A program made the position numbers and the translations under genes. Below are positions 41,927-54,243 of a DNA stretch of 64,000 nucleotides, piece after piece. The stretch is from Octopus vulgaris (Eukaryota). Where the stretch lies: contig OX597819.1 in assembly GCA_951406725.2 (NCBI GenBank), forward strand, positions 16,244,001 to 16,308,000, read 5' to 3'. Position 1 is the stretch's first letter. Each line of letters begins with the position of its first letter. The notes under the pieces were generated by a model that did no database searches, was not told the DNA's origin, and was given only the letters and a program-made list of their open reading frames with translations.

Positions 41927-41974
41927 GTAAAATGAAAAGACATCGAGGTAAAAGACGGCGGAAAGGAAAGCGAG
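41927..41974 (+). CDS. SMOC: SMOC/Pentagone-like gene, 48-bp basic microexon (GKMKRHRGKRRRKGKR)
   Basis: Acceptor tgttgtcttttgtAG and perfect donor GAG|gtaagt. Phase 1-1, open, and joins in frame to the 44632 exon (…KGKR-G-CSKSDR…). Confidence 0.8.
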
Positions 41975-42073
41975 GTAAGTAGAGCAATGTTACTTGGAAT
42001 ATAAGAATACAAATATATACACCCAAAAACATACACTCGGCCGCACTCACCTACACCCTCATGCATATATGTA

Positions 42074-42952
42074 CGAGGGGGTAACCTAAAGAGACCGGAA
42101 TTTTGCAATGTTATCTTACTCACTTAGTTTTACATGTTTACACTTTTATCACCTTCAAAGTATTCTCCATTTGAAGCAATGCATCGGTCCAGACGCGTTT
42201 TCCACTGTTCGAAGCAATCCTGGAACTCTTGCGAAGTGATGCATTTTAACGCCTCCGTCATTTTTTTTCTTCATCACTTCCGCATCTGCAAAATGTTTTC
42301 CTTTAAGGACTTTTTTTTCATTCGGGGGAGTAAGATCGGGTGGGTAAGTGGGGTTATGCCATTTTTTTCTTCAAAATCTGTTTCACACTTCCGTGAGCAA
42401 ACGAGACGCAGATTTTGCTGTAACTCTTTTTATTTGTAATTCCTCGCTCGAAGTTCGTTGGCAGGGGCTCTAGGGCACACCAGTCATATCAACAAGTTCT
42501 TCAATTGTTCAGTGACGGTCCGCTAAGACCAGTTCAGGAATCTTCATTTGTTCGGGGAGGTCGACGGTCGCCCTGAACGAGGTTGGTCCTCAAGCGAGAA
42601 GTGACCGTTCCTAAAGCGTGGGAACTGCTTGTAAACTTGTATTTTACTCATGGCAGCATCCTGGTAAGCTATTTGAAGCATGACAATTATTTCAGCCGCC
42701 GTTTTCCTCAGCAGAAAATATTTTCCTGAAAACTCGGTGTTCGTTCGTTTCAGTCATCGCAAAAATCGACGATCAGCAGAGAAGCACTGTAAAACAAGGA
42801 CGCACCACGTGGCAGTACGACGTCACTCGACGATGGCGGTCGGCAGACTGATGCCTGAGGGTCGCATCAAGTTGCTTTCAGCGGCGGAAGCCTGAACTAC
42901 GACGGGCCTGTACCACAGAGAACGTTTCCGGTTACTTTGGGATACCACCTCG
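42074..42952 (-). mobile_element. Internally deleted mariner transposon
   Basis: Imperfect ~27-bp TIRs CGAGGGGGTAACCTAAAGAGACCGGAA / TTCCGGTTACTTTGGGATACCACCTCG with a TA TSD. Minus-strand transposase C-terminus EFQDCFEQWKTRLDRCIASNGEYFEGDK. Confidence 0.85.
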
Positions 42953-43232
42953 TACATGTATGTACATTTGTGTGTATATATACATATACACACAAAATTG
43001 TACAACTATCTCACACGTACACACATCCTCTATATACTCATATATACGTATATAGATATAGAAGTAAATGTAATGATAAGCAAGTTAGGCAGGTCAATAT
43101 ACAAAGGATATTAAATACATGCAATACGGAAAATATGTATATGTTTACAAACAAAATGGTCCGACTTATACCGAATAGAAATGATATTCTATGATATCAA
43201 GAATTCAAGGGGTTGAAGAAAAGTATTACAAA

Positions 43233-43323
43233 TCCAACAAATGTTTCTGGAGGCTCGGTGGTCCAAAATATTGTCTGTAGATTGATTCCATCGTCGGATG
43301 AGACGATCCTCCATCTTCAGGGA
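43233..43323 (-). ncRNA. Type I hammerhead-like motif with long stem II insertion
   Basis: Minus strand UCC-CUGAAGA-UGGAGG…(54 nt)…CCUCCA-GAAACA-UU-UGU-U-GGA. Core intact, 6-bp stem II, GUU triplet. Confidence 0.6.
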
Positions 43324-43466
43324 AGAAATCTTTCATATGAAGTATTGACAGAAAGAAGATATATGTGTACTTGTATGTATACACACATACATGCCAGCAT
43401 ATACATATACACTCACTCGCATATTGTTATACTAAACTTACTAATGGTTTTTATGCTTTACACACA

Positions 43467-43501
<35 letters not shown>

Positions 43502-43819
43502 GCACACACACACATACATATGTACGTATGCATATACATGCATATATATATATGTATACACGTTGAGAATACCTCTCACGTTGAGCTATGATGCTCCCCC
43601 ACTACTTCTGCTCGTGGTCAGAGGTGCACATATCGTCAGCCACTAAGGGACATGCTCAACTGGTGAAGGTCAAACAACTGACAAGCAAATCTGTGGTATT
43701 GAGCAGAATATTTGCTGTAGCCCATCTTTTATACCAAGACAAAACAATGTACATGATAACACTTCCAATCAGTTAAGATCAGAAGCCATGAGAGCCACTG
43801 CCTGGTACTGCATCAGGGC

Positions 43820-43864
<45 letters not shown>

Positions 43865-43883
43865 TATTATTATTATTATTAGT

Positions 43884-44427
43884 GAGTGAGAGAGCAGTGC
43901 ATGCGACCAAAATGATGCTGGAGTAAAATGTACGAAGCCCAATCATGACTACTTGTCTTCGGTACACCAGGCACATGCATCACAACCATATGTGTGCGAC
44001 ATGGTGATCTTATATCAAGTTTAAACAGCGCATAACCTTGCAGGTGGGCTCAGTTAGAATTTTCTTCAAGTCGAGTAGCCCATTCCGCTCAAAAGGTCCC
44101 CGAATAAGGATTGTTTAAGGATGTTGAACGAAACGTCCATATTTTCAAAGGTGAATTATCCAAACCACAAAGAATTCCTCTCAACACACGGCTATGATGC
44201 TCCCCCACTACTTCTGCTCGTGATCAGAGATGCACATATCGTCAGCCACTAAGGGACATGCTCAACTGGTTAAGGTCAAACAACTGACAAGCAAATCTGT
44301 GGTATTGAGCAGAATATTTGCTGTAGCCCCTCTTTTACACCAAGACAAAACATGTAATGACAGCAATTCCAATCAGTTAAGGTCAAAAGCCATGGGAGCC
44401 ACTGCCTGGTACTGCGTCAGGACATTT
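43884..44427 (-). mobile_element. ~550-bp (AAT)n-associated retroposon, full-length copy (partial copy adjacent at 43585-43823)
   Basis: Colinear with 29086-29633 and flanked by ATT/ATC arrays. Confidence 0.8.
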
Positions 44428-44443
44428 ATCATCATCATCATCA

Positions 44444-44529
<86 letters not shown>

Positions 44530-44631
44530 ATTATAATTATAATTATTATTATAATTATAATAATAATAATTATTAGTATACATAGTATTATTATTATAAT
44601 TATTATTATTATTATTATTATTATTGTCTAG

Positions 44632-44742
44632 GATGTTCGAAATCCGATCGAGAAGTGTTCAATACCAATCTCATCAGTGAATTTGCGGCCGAATATTACC
44701 GAGGATCACCGAGACCCACTCAGGTGACTTCTATGTCATCAG
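44632..44742 (+). CDS. SMOC: SMOC/Pentagone-like gene, EC-domain N-terminal helix exon (GCSKSDREVFNTNLISEFAAEYYRGSPRPTQVTSMSS)
   Basis: Acceptor ttgtctAG. The C-x3-DR-x2-FN-x-NL-x3-F pattern resembles the start of invertebrate SMOC/Pentagone EC domains. The in-frame phase-1 end requires the donor CAG|GCAAGT. Not in the ORF track. Confidence 0.8.
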
Positions 44743-44945
44743 GCAAGTATCTCTCTTTTTTCTCTCTCGATTGTTCCGCCCATGTGTGCGCGCGCGATCG
44801 TGTCTGTGCGTGTGCGTGAATATGAGAGAAAGAAACATGGAATCTATATTGGAGGCCGAACAGTTGGTGCGATATTCAGCCTTTCGTTCTCTACGAAGTT
44901 CCAAGCTTTCCATGTAAGTCACCAACTGCCCACCTCTACACACAC

Positions 44946-44999
<54 letters not shown>

Positions 45000-45732
45000 A
45001 TGCGTGTGTATGGACGTAAGTATCTTATTGATGTCATAAGAACACACGAACTCTCGAGAGAAAGCAATTCATTTCTGGAATATTGGGTCCCGAAGCACTT
45101 ACATAAAGCTGTATATAATATTTGTAGTAAGTAAAGATTGTGTAGAAAAGCCCTTTTGGTTATGTTTGTGTGCGTGTGAGTATACATGTATGCCCCCCCA
45201 CCACCACCACCACGAACACACGCACATTCACGGATGCAAGTATGGTCGTTTGGTTAAGAAGTTTACTTCGCAACCACAAAGCTTTTGGGCCAACTCTCAC
45301 TGAGCGGCACGTTGGGCAAGTGGAAATGTATTCTATGACACCTCCGTATGTTTTGTCCAAAATGCCATGTAGTGTGGTCAAAGCGGAGCCACGGGGTTGT
45401 TGCAAAGTGAGATTCTTAGCTACACAACCCAGCCCGTGTCTGTGTGTACGCCGTAAAAACATCGGAGTAAGAGGTCACTAGATCGGCTTTAGCAAACTTC
45501 TGCACTTTACGTTTATATTGAGTCCTCCTTCTCCGGATTGTTTTCCAATAGTCGCACATATATACATATGTACGGCTATCTCTATATCTTTATTTGTTTA
45601 CCTCTCTCTGTCAGCCTTACCTTCTCGTTATATCTGTTATCTATGTCATATACACATGCGCGCGCGCACATACATCTACATACATACCCGACAATCATTC
45701 GTATTATATCATGATCCCTTCTCTGTTTACAG

Positions 45733-45975
45733 GTCAAAATAAATCTTCCCAGAATGCAACACGGAAGCGTATTGTAGAATGGAAGTTTTCACAACTGGAC
45801 CGCAACAAAGACAACGTGCTGAAATCCGGCGAGGTGAGGTCTCTAAAACGTTTGGTCAAGAAACTGGTGAAACCCCGACGCTGTGCCAAAAGCTTCATTG
45901 ACTACTGTGATACAGACCAAGACAAGAGAATTGTCAGCAAAGAGTGGACATTTTGCTTAGGCCTTAATCACAGCA
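45733..45975 (+). CDS. SMOC: SMOC/Pentagone-like gene, SPARC-type extracellular calcium-binding (EC) EF-hand exon
   Basis: GQNKSSQNATRKRIVEWKFSQLDRNKDNVLKSGEVRSLKRLVKKLVKPRRCAKSFIDYCDTDQDKRIVSKEWTFCLGLNHS contains W-x-F-x-x-LD EF-hand 1, C..F..YCD EF-hand 2 and EW..C. Acceptor ctctgtttacAG, donor A|gtgagt, 243 bp, phase 1-1. Confidence 0.92.
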
Positions 45976-46917
45976 GTGAGTATATAAAACTTATCCATCT
46001 AACATTGTTGACTCCCTTTCTTGAAGGAAACTTCTAATCAGGGTGTGCTGCTAACATATTTCTAAACTACCCCACTTTATTTGCACAAACTTGGGGATCT
46101 CTGCATGGCCTTTCGTTCTTCAAAAAATAGTGGGCTAATTTCTCTCTAATCCTGGTCTTACGAATTTTGAGTGTAGTGTCTAACGAAAAGATGGGGTGGT
46201 TATGGCTGGAGTGACTCTTACCTTAGATCTGCTCAATTAGGGTCGACTTGTGGCTAAACATCAATCTCTATATATTCGAGCCAATGAGAGGGCCTGTAAG
46301 TTGTCACTGGATATGCTAGAAATAATTGGCAAGCCTCCTTCAAATGATACCTCACTGTCTTAAAAAACAGATTACAAATGTCGTGTTGGATAGAGTGTGT
46401 TTGAAACTAGGTTGGCGATGACTAGAATGTTTTCTGGTTATAGGTTGAGCAACATAACAGCAACAACAGCAGCAGCTGCAACAATAACAACCTCTCTTTA
46501 GCATTTCCACTGTGTTTCCCATAAACACAAGTGTGTTTGCCATCCGCACTGTGACCAGTGAACATTTCACTTAAAATAACATTTCATTACTCCCAGTGAC
46601 TCTTTTTTAACATCTGGACTTCCAATTATATCAAATACAACGAGCAATAGAAGGAGCCTCTGGATGGTTGCTCAATTTGCTAGAAATAGCAACGGAATCT
46701 CGTTCGAATCACATCCTGCCATCTTAAATAAGATATTAGATAATGTAATCTTTCATATGGCTAAAAACATGGTATGGACACGGCTAGAATGATTTTGGTC
46801 ATAGGACTGCTTGATCTGAGTCAACCCATTGCTAAACTACAACAATTATACTGTTAAATGTAATGCAAATAAATATTCAGGCTTCGGTGATGCTAAGTTG
46901 ATGATAACAATTAATAC

Positions 46918-46949
<32 letters not shown>

Positions 46950-47220
46950 GTGATAATAATAATAATAATAGTGATAAAAATAATAATAATAGTGATAATA
47001 ATAATTATAATAATGATAATAATAATAGTGATAATAATAATAATAATGATAATAATAGTGATAATAGTAATGATAATAATAATAATCCATTATTAAGTCG
47101 GCCTCGGCGGAATTTGAACACAGAACCTAGCGACGGGCGAAATACCACTAAGCATTACGTCCAGCGTGCTAACGATTCTGCCAGATCGCCACCCTAATAA
47201 TAATATTAATAATAATAATG

Positions 47221-47251
<31 letters not shown>

Positions 47252-47440
47252 ACGGCAAAGTCGACCTCGGCAGAATTTGAACTCAGAACGTAGCAACGGG
47301 CGAAATACCGCTAAGCATTACGTCCAGCCAGATCGCCACTCTAATAATATTGATGATGATGATGATGATGATAATAATAATAATAGGAAGAAGGAAGAAG
47401 AAGATGAAGAAGGAGAAGAAGGAGAAGAAGAAGAAGAAGA

Positions 47441-47700
47441 AAGTAATGGTGATACCGGTGGTAACTGGAGCACTAGGAGCAGTTTCCAAGGGTTTTGAAA
47501 AACATATTAAGAATATTGGAGCCGCTGTCAGGCTCGAAGTGTTCCAGAAGACAGCATTCTTGGGTACAGCTCGCATTCTAAGGTGAGTATTGTCTCTTTG
47601 AGTCACAGAAGAAGGCACTACTTGAAACCTTTGGTGATTTGTTATTGCCAGCTTTCAAGTAAAGAATAACCGGTAATTAAGAACTATCCGAGAGTCTTTG
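47441..47700 (+). mobile_element. R4/Dong-like 3' end fragment
   Basis: VMVIPVVTGALGAVSKGFEKHIKNIGAAVRLEVFQKTAFLGTARILR, then a 3'UTR and (ATA)n tail. Confidence 0.75.
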
Positions 47701-47714
47701 ATAATAATAATAAC

Positions 47715-47746
<32 letters not shown>

Positions 47747-47934
47747 TGATGAGGATAATAATATAGATTACTCAGAGTATTGTTCCTCTTTAAGATAATA
47801 TAGTGCCGTTTGAGGGATATTTAGCTGCTGCCATTTTTATCAGGTCGAACAACTACATTGAGGCTCCATCAGTGTCTGAACGATCAAAAGTAAAATTGTA
47901 TGTATGTATGTATATATATGTATATAAATACATG

Positions 47935-47968
<34 letters not shown>

Positions 47969-48196
47969 TATAGATATGTGTGTGTGTGTGTGTGTACACG
48001 CATATATATATGTGTGTGTATGTGTGCTGTGAGATATGTATGTATATGTGCACACGCTCAAATATATGTACATATACTAAATGATGCAGCATAGAACGCT
48101 TACATTCAGCACTCTGAGTTTCTCGGCAGTGATTTATACTCGCTGTCGTTCTTCAGCTGATGCAAGCATGTTTGATATACATACGTACACACACCA

Positions 48197-48249
<53 letters not shown>

Positions 48250-48439
48250 TACACCTCCCCCACATCTATCTATCTATATATAATCAAAATAAGCCGCAGG
48301 ATATCAAGCTATCACAACCGTCGGATATATTATCTTATGTTTAGAAATACATTAGATAACGTATTTGTACACTTCAATAACATAATGGTGAGGTCATGGG
48401 AGGAATGTCTTTCCTCATGTCTACTCAATCAGAGCTGAC

Positions 48440-48900
48440 CTGGAGGTAAACGATGACAATAACACCATGTTCCGTCATTTGCAATTTAAAGCTGTCATCC
48501 CTATCGCCTGTATCAAGCAGACTATAGGATGGTGTTATATACCGCTTGCCACAATGCACTTCCAGTACATTCTTGATTGCGCCATTCTTTTCCATCTTGG
48601 GCCAAATTGTTTTACTAAATCGTCTTCTCATAGAGGCTTTCCGACTGGTTTTTACCAATCCCTTGGGTAACACTCGGAAACTGCATTGGGTCCACTCGTT
48701 ATTGGAGTATCTTACGATTTATCCGTCTCGCCGGAGGAATTTGTGCTTTCATTCATTTCGCTTTGTTCTAGAGCCACCTCATTTTGGATATGTACTCCAG
48801 TAATATACCTTGCATGCGTCTTTCCATGGCCCTTGCGTCGAAGCCAATCGATGTTCTTCCCTCTGTCGTAGTAGTAGACAATCTTCTAATCTTCAGTGCG
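48440..48900 (-). mobile_element. Possible decayed APE endonuclease of a LINE
   Basis: Weak motifs only: ILLEYISKMRW (similar to ILGISEMRW) and GVIVIVY. Many stops. Confidence 0.35.
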
Positions 48901-49395
48901 TTAAGCTTCTCTACCCATAGTATACCACTGCGATTAAGACTCCCTGTTTCTCTATTATTCTCATACTATCCTGTTCAGTATAGACCGCAATAGACCGACA
49001 ATACAGCCGCAGTATTCAGTAAACTCCTTATCTCAAAGTAGGTCCCTGTGTTCAGCATTCCATATTACCTGTTCCCTGTATTCAAAATGCACTAGTTCAT
49101 GGTCTGCAGCAAACCCTGGTTCCCTTCTCACAATATAACACTCTTTCTCCTGTGCAAGCAATCAATACTCTTTCCTGTGTGGGCGGAAGAGTGTGTACAA
49201 GTGTGTGCTGCGTGACTGCGTGTATAAGATGTGGCGGTGTCCGTGAGTCCATGTATCAGTCTTAGGATGTTTTATAAAACTATGCATTCACACATACTCA
49301 TATAACACACACACGCATACACACACACATCTATTGATACACACACGCGAAATACATACACATGTACAAATAAGATAATGGAATGGAAATAACGT

Positions 49396-49439
<44 letters not shown>

Positions 49440-49454
<15 letters not shown>

Positions 49455-49955
49455 TGTAGTTGTGTGAGTGTCTGTCTCCTACGATTTAGATTCCTAACTC
49501 CTCCCACATTTTGCGGTGCAGTTTAACCAAATTCGGGTATCTTGTAGTCGTGATTCATATCGAGCCCGTCTGACTATTAGCGCGCGTCTACGATGAGTCT
49601 ACGATTTTAAAAATAATTTAACATCATTTTTTATTCCATTTTAATGCATAATTTTTCGTGTGTCGATGGCGGCGGAGTTGGCGTCCACGCTCAAACACCT
49701 GCACCTGTGTTTGCTTCTCCCCCTTCTTCCCTCCAACGTGAAGCTGTGGGGAAGGGAGTTTAAGGAAATCAACGTCGTAATGCGTTGTCAAGGAGACCAG
49801 CGTTCTTTTAGAACAACGACTTCATGGCTTGAAGACACCAAAACAGAAATGGCTAAGAAAGCCCGAATTGGCATCTATAAAGGAAGTAACTCTCTAAAAA
49901 TGCTTATATAGTTATTTCCCTTACAAACCCGAGCAACGGCGGGCGATACTGCTAG
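49440..49955 (+). mobile_element. Helitron of the same family with an extra ~220-bp internal segment
   Basis: Same left body and CCCGAGCAACGGCGGG…CTAG|T end; ~49655-49875 is absent from the other copies. Confidence 0.75.
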
Positions 49956-50063
49956 TATATATATATATATATAAGTGGAGGCGCAATGGCCTAGTGGTTA
50001 GGGCTGCGGACTCGCGGTCGTAGGATCGCGGTTTCGATTCCCAGACCGGGCGTTGTGATCACG

Positions 50064-50107
<44 letters not shown>

Positions 50108-50239
50108 TGTATATATTTATGTATGTACATACGTATATATATTATATATATGTGTGTGTGTGTGTGTGTGCGTTTGCATACACACACACGCACACAAATA
50201 CACATATATACGTATATGTATGTATGTAGCACAGAAATG

Positions 50240-51420
50240 CATGAGAAGATTTCACCCTCAGAATAATCATTGAAACCAAGATTCATATAGCTACCTCACT
50301 AGACATAATATCAACCCTAACAACAAGAAAAGCAGGAATCGTATGGAGGCGCAATGGCCCAGTGGTTAGGGCAGCGGACTCGCGGTCATAGGATCGCGGT
50401 TTCGATTCCCAGACCGGGCGTTGTGAGTGTTTATTGAGAGAAAACACCTAAAAAAGCTCCACGAGGCTCCGGCAGCGGGTGGTGGTGATCCCTGCTGTAC
50501 TCTTTCACCACAACTTTCTCTCACTCTTACTTCCTGTTTCTGTTGTACCTGTATTTCAAGGGGCCGGCCTTGTCACTCTCTGTGTCACGCTGAATATCCC
50601 CGAGAACTACGTTAAGGGTACACGTATCTGTGGAGTGCTCAGCCACTTACACGTTAATTTCGGATCAACCGGAACCCTCATCGTCGTAACCGACGGAGTG
50701 CTTCCATCCAGTAATCGTATGGAAAACCTAATGAAAAAGGGCTCTCATATATACACATATATTCCAACTACTCGCATCCAATAACAAAATTCCTTAGAAA
50801 AATATGCAGGATGAACCAACATTCGACCAAACTGCGCCATTCAATAATGAAACCTTAAAAACTAACAGTAAATATCTAATCTTAAGCAAGCGAAAAGAAA
50901 GGTCTTCTGGTTCAATCCACTTTTAGCGAACGTGTAGCACGAACTATAGTGACACATTCCATACAGTTAATCATTAAACATGGGTACCATTTGACTTTTT
51001 AGTTGAAAGAATCCTAAAGTTCTTTATAGCTACACGTAGAAATAAACTAATGTTATTCGGCACAATACTGACAAAAGGCTCGGTCGAAAACTAATGCAAC
51101 CAAAACCGTTTACGAATATGACAGTTAAGATGTAATTGTAGAAAAACTATTCATTTATGAGACAAAAGTACTGTAAGAAATATGTACTGATGAAAATTAC
51201 ATCGATAAATAAAGGGGAACATTTAAAAATATATAGACGCAATATATTTACTCTTACTTCTGCGCTAATAGGAAGAATGCAACGACTTTATTGCGTCAAA
51301 TCTGGAGCATACAAAAGCAACATTTTAATATAAGCTGGACAATAATAGCGTTCCACATCATATATATATATATTTACTGGATAGAAGAAATGAGATTGTA
51401 ATCCAGTGCAGACATCAGAA
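50240..51420 (+). mobile_element. Decayed Penelope-like element (RT C-terminus, linker, GIY-YIG), interrupted by a SINE
   Basis: LRIIIETK…SLDII…YGKPNEK…YIHIYSNY; KRKVFWFNP; KVLYSY; CNCRK; ENYI…GTFK; IWSIQKQHFNISWTII. These match the PLE motifs WFNPP, KVSYS, CNC and YIG in the correct order. Confidence 0.65.
50345..50712 (+). mobile_element. tRNA-derived SINE family B with TSD
   Basis: GGAGGCGCAATGGCCCAGTGGTTAGG…GGTTTCGATTCC head. TSD AATCGTATGGA at 50337-50347 and 50713-50723. Confidence 0.88.
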
Positions 51421-51547
51421 TCAATTAATATTGCAGTTGTAAATAAAAATGCCTTAAGATGACTAGATAACGGCAGGACAGCAGTAGTTAACAACCAGCA
51501 GCTAAACAATAGATCCAGACACGAAAACGAAACAACCAATGAAACAT

Positions 51548-51589
<42 letters not shown>

Positions 51590-52169
51590 TTATTATGTAT
51601 ATGTGAGTGCGTGTGTGTTGATATATATACATATATGTGTGTGCGTGTGTTGAGATTTGTGTCTACATATGTAGGTATACGCAGCTACGAACACAATCTC
51701 ACACATGCCATACATATACACACATATACGTGCATATACATGCATACATATATACGTATAGTAGCATCGCCACTGCGTCTCGGCAGTCAGGTGCAAGTAA
51801 AGGAGTCCAGGTGAGTGCTTTAATGTTAACCCAAAGGTACTCAAACGATCAACTTGATCCGTTCCCCTGCTTACTAAGAAACCGATGTATGAGCCACGTG
51901 GTCTACTTTTCGCAACAGCTGTAAATATATTTCTCAAACATATAATTATAAAATTGGGTTACAATGTTAATGAGAAGCAGTGTGTCCGATGCTAACATAT
52001 GTGTGTATGTATATATGTACATATTTGTGTGTGTGTATACATATATATGCATATATATATATATGTATATGTATATATATGTATATATGTATGTATATGT
52101 TTATATGTATACATATATATGTATATATATATATATATGCATATATATGTATGTATATATATATGCATA

Positions 52170-52210
<41 letters not shown>

Positions 52211-52854
52211 TATATATATGTATGTATATGTTTATATGTATATATATATATGTATGTATATGTTTATATGTATATATGTATATATATATATATATATACA
52301 TATATATGTATATGTATGTATATGTTTATATGTATATATATATATGTATGTATATGTTTATATGTATATATATGTATATGTATGTATATGTTTATATGTA
52401 TATATATATATATATGCATATATATGTATATATATGTATATATATATATGTATATTTATATATGCATATATATGTATATATATATATGTATATTTATATA
52501 TGCATATATATATGTATATATATATATATATGTGTGTGTGTATATATATACATGTATACATGCATATATATGTATATATATATATATGTGTGTGTGTGTT
52601 TGTGTGTGCGTGCATATATACATGTATTAGTACAGGTATTTCACCGATTTACCGGTTCTTTGATTCCAACGCTTTGACAGATAAACCGTTTTGCCGCATC
52701 ATCCGTGCCACTAATTACTCATTATATTGCATGGCTTACTCACCGAAACGCTACGATCCACTTCCTTTCAACAGTTCTTCCTGATCTTGGATCGCTGTGG
52801 ATTGACGTTTATGTTTGGCACAACTTGAGACGCCCTTAGTTCTCTTACCTGCAG

Positions 52855-52911
52855 TAGACATAGAAAAGGAAAACATCTCAAAGACATCTCAAAGACTGAC
52901 AAGTGATACAT
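52855..52911 (+). CDS. Candidate linker exon of the SMOC-like gene (IDIEKENISKTSQRLTSDT)
   Basis: Good acceptor ttctcttacctgcAG and moderate donor T|gtaaat. 57 bp, phase 1-1, open in the required frame. No homology support. Confidence 0.35.
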
Positions 52912-53078
52912 GTAAATATGACAAAACACGCAACACCCCCCCCTGTGGTCGTGCAGAGGGCTGGGCTGGGCTGGGCTGGTGGCCACAGGAATTTCAAGTT
53001 CTCCTTTGTAATTATCCAAATTAAAGCAGGTGCCGGACCATCAGTTGCCGCGAAATAGGCGGTGAACATACACGCATA

Positions 53079-53124
<46 letters not shown>

Positions 53125-53251
53125 CACACACACACGCACACATATGTACATATACAATAATATATATATATAAATTTACAATTATATTAATATATATATA
53201 TATGTGTGTGTGTATGTATGCCTGTATGTGTATAGGTATGAATGTATGTTT

Positions 53252-53282
<31 letters not shown>

Positions 53283-53353
53283 CTGTGCATGTGTCTTTAT
53301 GTCTATGTACGTGTATGTATGTATATTCTTTGCGTTGTTGTTGTTGTTTTCAG

Positions 53354-53383
53354 TGGGTCAAACCCCAACCCTAGATGGCACAG
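53354..53383 (+). CDS. Candidate 30-bp microexon of the SMOC-like gene (xGQTPTLDGT)
   Basis: Strong acceptor ttgttgttttcAG and strong donor CAG|gtaagc. Phase 1-1 and open; a unique island between microsatellites. Confidence 0.55.
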
Positions 53384-54162
53384 GTAAGCTTCCATTTACA
53401 TGTATGCAATGCTTTTTTTAATATTGTTGTTGTTCTTGTTCTCTTCTTCTTTGCTATTGTTCACGACATTTGTAATAAACGTCATCCTCATCATTAAAAC
53501 CATTTATCGTCATCATCATCAACATCATCATCCTCACCGTCACCTCCCCATCATCATCATCATCCTCACCGTCACCTCCACATCATCATCGTCACCGCCA
53601 CCTCCACATCATCATCATCACCGTCACCTCCCCATCATCATCATCATCACCGTCACCTCCCCATCATCATCATCACCGTCACCTCCCCATCATCATCATC
53701 ATCAACATAATCATCCTCACCGTCACCTCCCCATCATCATCATCATCACCACCATCACCTCCCCATCATCATCATCATCACCGTCACCTCCCATCATCAA
53801 CATAATCATCCTCACCGTCACCTCCCCATCATCATCATCATCACCACCATCACCTCCCCATCATCATCATCATCACCGTCACCTCCACATCATCATCATC
53901 ATCACCGTCACCTCCCTATCATCATCATAATCATCATCATCATCACCACCATCATCATAATCATCTTCACCATCACTACCACCACCATCGTCGTCATCAT
54001 CATCAGCATCGTCATCATCGTCATCATCATCGTTATTAGTATTATTGTCGTCGTTATTTTTATTACCAAATAATTAGATATATTCATTATCATTATAAAC
54101 GTTTGTCATAATTATTACTGTCTTTCAATATCATATCATACATTCATTATTACTTTTATTAC

Positions 54163-54243
<81 letters not shown>

